A stretch of DNA of 64,000 bases, from contig CM059432.1 of NCBI GenBank assembly GCA_030390025.1, positions 137,952,001 through 138,016,000 on the forward strand, in the 5' to 3' direction. Position 1 is the stretch's first letter, and the number at the start of each line of letters is the position of its first letter. The position numbers and the translations under genes are program-made. The stretch comes from Squalus acanthias (taxonomy: Eukaryota). Below, one piece after another: positions 1 to 9,498 of the stretch. The notes beneath the pieces are model-generated. The model was not told the origin of the DNA. It did no database searches and worked only from the letters and a program-made list of their open reading frames with translations.

Positions 1-470
1 AACATTTTTTTCACAGATTTATCTTTTTTAATTACTTTGAAGAAAGGTAAGTTTAGTTTTAGCCCCCGTTAAAAAGTGTAATTATTTTTTTCAAAAATTA
101 AAATTTTTGTTTAAAATAGTTAATTAATGTAATTTATAGTTATTTTAAAAATGTGATGTTTTTTTTAAATTTATTTGTAGTTTTAGGGAGGTTTTGGGGC
201 CGATTTGTATTCATAGATTTGACAGGTCTTCCTGTCAAATCTATGAATGAAAGATGGTCTGCTGCCATTGGCTCTCCATGGCCCACGTGATCCCAGGGGA
301 CGCATCGCACTAACTACGCCCCTGGGATACACAAGCCCTGCGCGCCGGCAGTTGGAGGAGGCCCAGGACTGGAATCCCCCGCGGGCGCAGAGGTCAACGG
401 CAGGCGCGGTAGGTAGGTGCGCACGTGATCCTTGCACCCGCGGGAAGCCAGGGAGCCGAATTTCTGGCCC
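1..470 (-). mobile_element. Harbinger-type non-autonomous element (MITE), cut by the window edge
   Basis: Ends in AATTTCTGGCCC (reverse complement GGGCCAGAAATT) followed by ATT. The reverse complement resembles the first half of the TIR-bounded element at 40025-40788; the chance translations ANGSRPSFIHRF and ANGSTPSFIHSF match. Confidence 0.65.
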
Positions 471-557
471 ATTATATTAATTGTCTTTCCATGATTATCA
501 TAGAATCTATAATTCTATTTCCAAAATTGTTAACGTTTGTATTTTAAATTTGATCTT

Positions 558-641
558 GGGACTCGTGTGGAGCATAAACGCCAGCACAGACCAGTTGGGC
601 CTGAATGGCCTGTTTCTGTGCTGTAAATGTTTATGTGATTT
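558..641 (+). mobile_element. CR1-type LINE 3' UTR tail fragment
   Basis: GAGCATAAAC...GACCAGTTGGGCC..AATGGCCTGTTTCTGTGCTG, the same tail as the CR1 fragment at 6846-7110. Confidence 0.7.
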
Positions 642-642
642 A

Positions 643-3600
643 GTCATCATCTTTCTGCATCGCTACCGACTCTCATTCCGACAGCAACAACCTCCATCCG
701 CGAACGCGCTACCCTTCAAATAGCTTCTGGACTTCACTCACCTGCTTTGGACAGCGGTTCGTCGATGCTCTGTACCGGCCCCATCCTGCTCACGTCGGCT
801 CTGTCCTTCCATGGGACCTCTGACTCTGACCCTGGTCTCTCTACTATTGTCTCCAACCTATTCCCTGCTACCAGGAAATATGTATTCCATTCATTATTAT
901 ATTTAAACAGGCCTACGTAACCTGAGCTTTTCCCGTGCCCATTCGCGTGCGCACTTTGGCCGCCGCTCCGGAACTGAGCTATTCCACTTTTTCCCTCTAT
1001 TTTCCTTTTCTCTCTATCCCTCCCTGACCGCACTCTCCTGTCGTCATGCCTCCTTTCATCTCTCCTCTCTCGGATACACTGCCCTCCCAAATCCCTACCC
1101 CAATCCTTCATTACTCTTCGATCTTCCTACTCTCCTGCCACCGTCCCAGGCTTGACTCCCTCTTAGATAAGCCCACAGCTTCCCTCTGGGCCTCTCTTGG
1201 CATCCTGTGAAGGGACCATCGAGGCACTCGTCGCTGCCGCCTTACGAGCAGCAACCCCAACTGTCCCATCCTACTCTCTCGCCGAACTTCCCGCCTAGCG
1301 TGCCCACTGGGGGCAAATCATGCCCATCTCCTCCCCATCCAACTTACCGCTCCCAGCGCTGACCCTGTGGATGCTGGCAGTAGGGTCAGCCATCACCGAC
1401 CCTCTCCTCCAGAATGTCCGTTCACTTGCGAACAAGGCCCTTGCCATCCATGAGCTTATCGTAGATGACTGCATCGATATCATAGCCCTGACGGAAACTT
1501 GGTTGAGGGGCGATGACACCTTACCCTTTAAATGAAGCCTCCCCACCTGGCTATACCTTCCACTACTTGCCCCGCTCAGACCACCATAGTGCCGGTGTGG
1601 CTCTCATCACCAAATCACACCTTGGTCTGTCCCCCTATTCCTCCGGCAGTTTCTCCTCCTTTGAGCATCTCACCTTATTCCACCCCTCTCACCTCTCATT
1701 TAAAATTCTTGTTCTCTACCACCCACCCAAGTACCATAAAAATTTTATTACCGAGATATCTTCACTGTTCTCCTCCCTCAGCCTCTGCACCGAGCGACTT
1801 CTCATCCTCGATGATTTCAACCTCCATCTCAATTCATCATGCTCTCTCTCCTCTGAGTTCACCAGCCTCCTATCCTCCCTTAATCTTTCCCTCCATGTAA
1901 ACTCCCCAACCCATATTCACGGCCATCCCCTCGACCTTGCCATCTCTCGTGGCCTCGCTACTCCCATCGTGTCAATCACAGATAAGGCCATCTCTGACCA
2001 TTTCCTCCTATCACTCTCCACCCACATCCCCCTTCCACCCCCCCTTCCCCCAAACCCTACTTCCTTCAGTGTCCGCCCCTGGAAAAAACTCTCTCCCAAC
2101 TCTCTTACAACTGCACTTATGAAATCCCAACTGTCCAGCCTCTGGCCCTCCATTCACCATGACATTTCTGCAGCTACCGATCTGTTCAACCACACCCTCA
2201 CCACCCACCTTTGATGCCCTAGTCACTACTAAAACAATTACCCTCTCTCACCCTGGCTGTTCCCCCTGGTACGGCTCTTATCTTCGCTCCCTTAAGTCCA
2301 AGGGATGCAGACTTGAACGGATATGGCGGACAACAGGTTTAGCCATTCACCGCCAGATCTGGCTGGACCACATAAAGCACTATCAGGGCCCTGCTCTCGT
2401 CTGCCAAAATTGCTCACTATTCCAGAATCATTCTGGAATGTAAAGATTAACCCCGGCTCCTATTCTCTACTGCTAACCGTCTTCTTAAACCCCTCTCCCC
2501 TGTCTCCTTCACCTCCGATAACAAATGTAAGGAGCTCATGGACTTCTTTGTCTCTAAGATTGAGACCATCCGTTCAACTGCCTCTGCAACTTCCCTTCCT
2601 TCCCCTAGCCCACTGGGCCAAACTTCCCCTAGGGCTCCCCCCTGCCCTAGCCGTGAACTCACATCTTTCTCCAATTTCTCTCCGATCTCCCCTCATGACC
2701 TCTCTGCGCTCATCTTGTCTATGAGACCCACCTCCTGCTCCCTCGACCCTATTCCCACCAAACTGCTGACCACCCAACTTCCTTTTCTGGCTCCCATGTT
2801 AGCTGACATTGTTAACGGTTCGCTCTCCTCAGGTACTGTCCCCCTCTCCCTCAAATCTACCGTCATCACCCTCTCTCAAAAAACCAACCCTTGATCCCTC
2901 TGTCCTTGCAAACTACCACCCCATCTCCAACCTCCCTTTCCTCTCAAAGTCCTTGAACGTGTTGTTGCCTCCCAAATCCGTGCCCACCTTTCCCGCAATT
3001 CCATGTTTGAATCCCTCCAATCAGGTTTCCGCCCCGCCACAGTACCGAAACGGCTCTCATCAAAGTCACAAATGGCATCCTTTGTGACTGTGACAAAGGT
3101 AAACTATCCCTCCTCGTCCTCTTGACTTGTCTGCAGCCTTTGACATGGTTGACCACTCCATCCTTCTCCAACTCCTCTCCACCGTTGTCCAGCTGGGTGG
3201 GACTGCACTCGCCTGGTTCCATTCTTATCTATCTAATCTTAACCAGAGAATCACCTGCAACGGCTTCTCTTCCCGCTCCCGCATCGTTACCTCTGGTGTC
3301 CCCCAAGGATCTATCCTTGGCCCCCTTCTATGTCTCATCTACATGTTGCCCCTTGGTGACAGCATCCAAAAACACAGCATTCCCACATGTACGCTGACGA
3401 CACCCAGCTCTACCTCACTACCTATTCTCTCGACCCCTCCACGGTCTCTAAATTGTCAGACTGATTGTCCGACATACAGTTCTGGATAAGCAAAAATTTT
3501 CTCCAATTAACTATTGGGAAGACTGCAGCCATTGTTTTCGATCCCCGCCACAAACTCCGTTCCCTAGCCATTGACTCCATCCCTCTCCCTAACATCTGTC

Positions 3601-4354
3601 TGAGGCTGAGCCACACTGTTCGCAACCTTGGTGTCATATTTGACCCTGAAATGAGCTTCCGACCACATAACACTGCATAACAAAGACCGCCTACTTCCAC
3701 CTCTGTAACATCGCCCGTCTCCGCCCTTGTCTCAGCTCATCCGCTGCTGAAACCCTCATCCATGCCTTTGTTACCTCTAGACTTGACTATTCCAACACAC
3801 TCCTGGCCGGCCTCCCACATTCCACCCTACGTAAACTTGAGGTCATCCAAAACTCGGCTGCCCACGTCCTAACACTCACCAAGTCCCGTTCACCCATGAC
3901 CCCTGTGCTCGCTGACCCACATTGGCTCCCAGGTTAAGCAGCGCCTCGATTTCAAAATTCTCATCCTTGTTTTCAAATCCCTCCATGGCCTCGCCGCTTC
4001 CTAGCTCTGTAATCTCCTTCAGCCCCACAAACCCCCGAGGTATCTGCGCTCCTCTAATTCTGCCCTCTTGAGCATCCCTGATTATAATCGCTCAACCTTT
4101 GGTGGCCGTGCCTCCTGTTGCCTGGGCCCTAAGCTCTGGAATTCCCTGCCTAAACCTGTCCTCCTCGCTCCCTCTCTTTCCTCCTTTAAGACGCTCCTTA
4201 AAACCTACCTCTTTGACCAAGCTTTTGGTCACCTGCCCTAATTTATCCTTATGTGGCTCGGTGTCAAATTTTTTGTCTTAAAATACTCCTGTGCAGTGCC
4301 TTGGGACGTTTTACTACGTTAAAGGCGCTATATAAATACAAATTGTTGTTGTTG
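643..4354 (+). mobile_element. L2-clade LINE, near full length
   Basis: Fragmented APE+RT frames, the L2 3' end (AAAGGCGCTATATAAATACAA) and a (TTG)n tail at 4343-4354. The 5' boundary is approximate. Confidence 0.9.
1403..4241 (+). pseudogene. L2 ORF2 (AP endonuclease + reverse transcriptase), frameshifted
   Basis: LLQNVRSLANK, ALTETWL, DDFNLH and ISDHF (APE); YHPISNLPFLSK, LSAAFDMVDH, GVPQGSILGP and YADD at 3390-3401 (RT); LKTYLFDQAF C-terminus; several frameshifts. Confidence 0.9.
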
Positions 4355-4432
4355 AGCATAAATGCCAGCCTAGACCAGTTGGGCCGAACTGGCTGTTTCT
4401 GTGCTGTAAAATTCTATGTGATTCTCTGTAAA
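4354..4432 (+). mobile_element. CR1-type LINE 3' UTR tail fragment
   Basis: Same tail as 558-641. Confidence 0.65.
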
Positions 4433-4639
4433 TGAACCCTATCCTTCTAAAAAAAAGTACAACAATTGACACAAAAGCTTAAGAGGCTTGCTCCAAGATG
4501 CAAGTTCCTCGGACATTTAATTTTGGCCGTGTGGGCAGAACCTCGCTCAAATCGGTACGATTCTCTGGCAAACCGATGTTACTATTTACATGAAGCAACA
4601 GGCGTCAGTAGCTCAGCATTCGCCACTTGACCCCAGGTC

Positions 4640-5330
4640 AACATAAGAACATAAGAAATAGGAGCAGGAGTAGGCCAATCGGCCCCTCGAGCCTGCTCCG
4701 CCATTCAATAAGATCATGGCTGATCTGATCCTCACCGCCAATCTACTATCTACTATCACAGAACCATCTCCTGCATCTAACAGAATTGCACACACGAAAT
4801 AGGAGCAGAATCAGGCTACACGGTCCCTGGGCCCGCTCCACTACCCACAGGGCCATGACCGATCCGAACCTAGACTCATGTCCAAATTCCTGCCCGCTCC
4901 CCGTAACCCTTAATGCCCTTTACTTCTAGGAAACTGTCTATTTCTCTTTTAAATTTATTTAATGATGTAGCTTCTACAGCTTTTTGTGGCAGCATATTCC
5001 ATGGACCTACCACCCTCTGAGTGAAGTAGTTCCTCCTCATCTCAGTTTTGAAAGAGCAGCCCCTTATTCTAAGACTATGTCCCCTAGTTCTAGTCTCACC
5101 CGTCATCGGGAACATCCTCCCCGCATCCACCCGCTCCAACCCCTTCACAATCTTATATGTTTCAATAAGATCGCCTCTCATTCTTCTGAACTCCAATGAG
5201 TTGAGTCCCAATCTACACAACCTCTCCTCATATGACCACCCCCTCATCCCCGGGATTAACCGAGTGAACCTTTTTTGCACTGCCTCGAGAGCAAGGATGT
5301 CTTTCCTTAAGTAAGGACACCAAAACTGTC
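4640..5330 (-). mobile_element. CR1/HER1-type LINE 3' fragment
   Basis: ORF 4876..5280 (QKRFTRLIPGM...RRMRGDLIETYKI...RTRGHS...WN) is the CR1 ORF2 C-terminus. It has the GGAGCAGG..CCTGCTCC 3' UTR stem and a (TTCTTATG)n tail. Confidence 0.9.
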
Positions 5331-5578
5331 AAGTCGTGTAAGATTGGGCCAAGCGACCCGTCGGACGCCCGATTTGATAAGCTCCACCCGCAGAGTGCGA
5401 GGTCCCAGCGGTCGTACCAGGGCTGAGTGAAAAATATAATCACTCAGGTAATGTACCAGAGGGCTGACAAAAGAACTGTCCACCACATGAGCCGTCAACC
5501 TTCAGGAAAAGTGGGGGGAAAAAAAGAGATGAAGAATTGTTTTAAACAAAAAAGTTAGGCAGGTTGATTAGTTTGTCC

Positions 5579-5800
5579 AAAAGCAAAATACTGCAGATGC
5601 TGGAAATCTGAAATAAAAACAGAAAATGCTGGAAACACTCAGCAGGTCAGACAGCATCTGTGGAGAGAGAGAGAGACCTGTTCAATCTCCAGCTTTTTCC
5701 AATTCTGACGAAGGGTCATCGACCTGAAACGTTGACTCTGTTTCTCTCTCCACAGATGCTGCCTGACCTGCTGAGTGTTTCCGGCATTTCTTGTTTCTAT
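5579..5800. mobile_element. Penelope-derived fold-back element (MER6-like hairpin)
   Basis: Inverted arms of about 60 bp (5610-5670 vs 5743-5800: ATGCTGGAAACACTCAGCAGGTCAG...CTGACCTGCTGAGTGTTTCCGGCAT) enclose a hammerhead-like core. Confidence 0.7.
5701..5737 (+). ncRNA. Minimal type I hammerhead ribozyme motif (degenerate)
   Basis: CTGACGA-AGGGTCATCGACCT-GAA-ACGT-T: catalytic core, stem II and palindromic stem III ACGT. Stem I (AATT/GACT) is imperfect. Confidence 0.55.
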
Positions 5801-5823
5801 TAGTTTGTCCATTCAGTTATCGG

Positions 5824-6368
5824 AACAGGAGGAGGCCACTCAGCCCCTCAAGATTGTTCCGCCATTCAATTAGATCATGGGCGATCTGTACTTCAACTCC
5901 ATTGACCTGCCTTGGTTCCGTAACCCTTAATAAAAGTCTATCAATCTTAATTTTGAAATTTTCAATTGACCCCCAGCCGCAACAGCTTTTTGGGGAAGAG
6001 AGAGTTCCAAATTTCCACTGCACTTTGTATGAAGAAGAGCTTCCTGACTTCACCCCTGAACGGCTGAGCTCTAATAGGAACAGGAGGAGGCCATTCAGCA
6101 ACTCGAACCTGTTCCGCCATTCAATTAGATCATGGCTGATCTGTATCTTAACTCCATCTACCCACCTTGGTTCCATAACCCTTAATATCTTTGCCTAACA
6201 AAAATCTATCGATCTCAGTTTTGACATTTTCAACTGACCCCCCCGCCCCCCCAGCCTCAACAGCTTTTTGGGGGAGAGAGTTCCAGATTCCCACTATCCT
6301 TTGCGTGAAGAAGTGCTTCCCAACATCACCCCTGAGTGGCCCAGCTCTAATTTTAAGGTGAGGCCCCC
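5824..6368 (-). mobile_element. Two tandem CR1 3' end fragments (5824-6070, 6075-6368)
   Basis: Each encodes FFTQR..WNSLPQKAVE..KTEIDRFL..KGYG or a degenerate form of it, followed by the CR1 3' UTR stem. Confidence 0.8.
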
Positions 6369-6845
6369 TCGTTATGCTTTTTGCTTTAGTCGTGAGTGGT
6401 TGCTGTATAAATACCGTGTGGGGAAAAACAGAGCGATGCATTGCCGGCAGGAGCCTGCTGCTTGATGTGAAGCACGGTGGCTGCATTACAAGAAATGAAA
6501 GGGGAACAAAAATAAACTCAAAAAAAAATGGCACTGGCACCGAGCGCTGTAGAAAATGGAAAACCCTGAAAATAAGCCAGCTTGAAAATAAATATTGACG
6601 CTGAGAACAAATGATTCCGAGCCAGTTTCACCCACAGTTATTCTGTTTATTACATCACCAAGGACATATTCAGAATAAGTGCTGTTTCTGCAGCGCAGCC
6701 TAATTCTTAACCCGAGGTTAGGCAGTAATTAAAGCTACATTGCCCCACAATTACTTCAGCTAAAATAACTATTAGACAATGGGGGGAAAATGCTGTTATT
6801 AGCCGAAAGCACCATTTAAATATACGGTTGGAAAAACATTTTTTA

Positions 6846-7110
6846 AAAGATAAATCCAATAAGGAATTCAGGAGAAACTTCTTTACCCAAAGAGTGGTTA
6901 GAATGTGGAATTCGCTACCACAAAGAGTGGTTGAGGCGAATAGCATAGATGCATTTAAGGGGAATCTAGATGAATACATGAGGGAGAAAGGAATGGAATG
7001 TTATGCTGATAGGGTGAGATGAAGAGGGGTGGGAGGAGGCTCGTGTGGAACATTAACACCGGCATGGACCAGTTGGGCCGAATGGCCTGTTTCTGTGCTG
7101 GAGATTCTAC
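6846..7110 (+). mobile_element. CR1 3' end fragment
   Basis: NKEFRRNFFTQRVVRMWNSLPQRVVEANSIDAFKG plus the 3' UTR. Confidence 0.85.
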
Positions 7111-8390
7111 GTCTACGTAAAAGATTGCTTGTGAAACTTTGTTTATTTTTTTTCCAAACGGAGGTTCCCAACAAAACCACTTAATTCTGCCCATACAGCT
7201 CAAGGACCAAACTTCTCCAAGTATTTTTGCACTCGGTAAAGAAATAAATTAAAAGTGCGTCTCAACTCTGAGGCCTGTAGTACAACATAACATTATCGTA
7301 ACTGCAGTAAATTCAGTTCAGCAAACTCCATTTGTAAGACCCAAACTGATGTCATTGTGGGGGTTTTCTTGTTGCATTTTGAGTGTTGCTGCTTTGAAAG
7401 CAATTATCTCTGGGAATTAGAAAGTACAACCGGCAGTCAGAATTAATACATAATGGTATTAATGTCTACTCCACTTATCCCTATCTCTGTTTAGTCCTTT
7501 TTAAGTGTGTTTATTTATTTAAGACCTTTATGCAGGCTTCAACCCCCACCACATCTCCACAACTGCTTATGTGACGAGTTACTACTTTCAGCTGAAATTA
7601 TCCAGGGTTTAAATTCTTAGAGAGCTTGACAGGGTAGATGCTGAGAGGCTGTTTCCCCTTGTTGGAGAGTCTAGAACTAGGGGGCATAGTCTTAGGATCA
7701 GGGGTCGGCCAATTAGCATTGAGATGAGGAGTGCAGTTTGAACAGAGTGCTGGAGTTGGGTGAGTGAGGGAGTCTTAACTGTTTTCTAAAAATCAAACTT
7801 TTGTTTGTTTCACATTTACTGTTACTGTTTAAAATCTAAATTTCCCAGCCTTAAGCAGGGATATACAGGGATATACAAGGCCTACAATTCAGAGCAGCTG
7901 AAGGCAGTTAATTCGGGAAACTAGATTAAACTGGTTTTCCTGTAGCTGGGCTCAGCCAGCTCCTTTGTTTCAGGGTCTATAAAAACAGGCATCGCAGTGT
8001 GATTTGCACTGAGTGCGGTTTAAACAGAGTGCTGGAGTTGGGTGAGTGAGGGAGTTAGGTGAGGAGTGGAAGGAGGAGCTCCCTTGCTTCACCTTTGCTT
8101 TTCCTAACTTTTCACCCTGTAGGAATTGGTTCTTACTTTACACCAAGGAAAGAGTCTGAGAGCGGGAGCGGTCAAACAACAACAACTGCAAAACCGCTAA
8201 AGTGACGTCACAACCAGGGAAGGAGCTGATTGGTAAGTAGGACCTGGTGAGTATTTCTACCGTCCAGTCGTTAAAGTAAAAGTAATGTCTCTAGTTTAGA
8301 GTAAGTAGTGTGTAAAGTGCAGTAAGGTCCCTAGTGTATTTAATATTCTTTAATTTAGAGGAAGTAAAGGGAGTAAATTAAGGGTAGGAC

Positions 8391-9341
8391 ATGGCAGGGC
8401 AGCTCGGCAGTGTGGAGTGCTCCTCCTGTGCTATGTGGGAAGTCAGGGACACTTTCGGTGTCCAGGGCGAACACATGTGCAGGAAGTGTCTTCAGCTGCA
8501 GCTACTCGAAATCCGCATTTCGGATCTGGAGCTGCAGCTGGAGTCACTGTGGAGCATCCGCGAGGCTGAGATTTACATGGAAAGCACTTTTAACAAGGTG
8601 GTCACACCGCAGGTAAAAAGTGCACAGGCAGAAAGGGAATGGGTGACCGCCAGACAGAGTAAAAGGACTAGGAAGGTAGTGCAAGAGTCCCCTGGGACCA
8701 TCGCCCTCTCCAACAGATTTTCCATTTTGGATACTGCTGGGGGAGATGGTTTCTCAGGGGAATGCAGCAAGAGCCAAGTCCGTGGCACTATGAGTGGCTC
8801 AGCTGCACAGGAGGGGAGGAAAAAGAGTGGGAGAACAATAGTGATAGGGGATTTTTTCGTAAAGGGAACAGATCGATGTTTCTGTGGCCGCAGACGTGAC
8901 TCCAGGATGATATGTTGCCTCCCTGGTGCCAGGGTCAAGGATGTCACTGAGTGGCTGCAGGACATTCTGAAGGGGGAGGGTGAACAGCCAGAGGTCATGG
9001 TCCATATCGGTACCAATGACATAGTTAGAAAGAGGGACGAGGTCCTGCAAGCAGAATATAGGGAGCTAGGAAATAAATTAAAAAGCAGGACCTCAAAGGT
9101 AGTAATCTCAGGATTACTCCCAGTGCCACGTGCGAGTGAGAGCAGACATAGGAGAATAGACCAGATGAATGCGTGGCTGGAGAGATGGTGTAGGAGGGAG
9201 GGATTTAAATTCCTGAGGCATTGGGACCGATTCTGGGGAAGGTGGGACCTGTACAAGCTAGATGGATTACACCTCGGCAGAACCGGGACCAATATCCTCG
9301 CAGAGGGGTTTGCTAGTGCTGTTGGGAAGGATTTAAACTAG
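8391..9341 (+). CDS. CR1 ORF1p: N-terminal CxxC..CxxC zinc finger, leucine zipper and SGNH/GDSL-like esterase domain; frame is open (316 aa)
   Basis: CSSC...CRKC, heptad leucines LEIRISDLELQLESL, IVIGDF (canonical GDS has F here), CLPGA, VHIGTND, DGLHL. Confidence 0.9.
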   Translation: MAGQLGSVECSSCAMWEVRDTFGVQGEHMCRKCLQLQLLEIRISDLELQLESLWSIREAEIYMESTFNKVVTPQVKSAQAEREWVTARQSKRTRKVVQESPGTIALSNRFSILDTAGGDGFSGECSKSQVRGTMSGSAAQEGRKKSGRTIVIGDFFVKGTDRCFCGRRRDSRMICCLPGARVKDVTEWLQDILKGEGEQPEVMVHIGTNDIVRKRDEVLQAEYRELGNKLKSRTSKVVISGLLPVPRASESRHRRIDQMNAWLERWCRREGFKFLRHWDRFWGRWDLYKLDGLHLGRTGTNILAEGFASAVGKDLN

Positions 9342-9498
9342 TTTGTCAGGGGGCTAGGAACCTAAGTGTGGACCCAGAACGGAGAGAAACAAGCTGGAAG
9401 TGCAAGTTAGAAAAGTAATCAGCAAAACTAGTAGGGAGCAGAAACAAAGGCCAACAGTAAAGAGGGTCAAAGTGCAGAAAAATATTAAATAGGCAAAG

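Noticed and set aside
8573..9292. 239-aa minus-strand ORF
   Set aside because: It is the antisense shadow of CR1 ORF1 and has no independent motifs.
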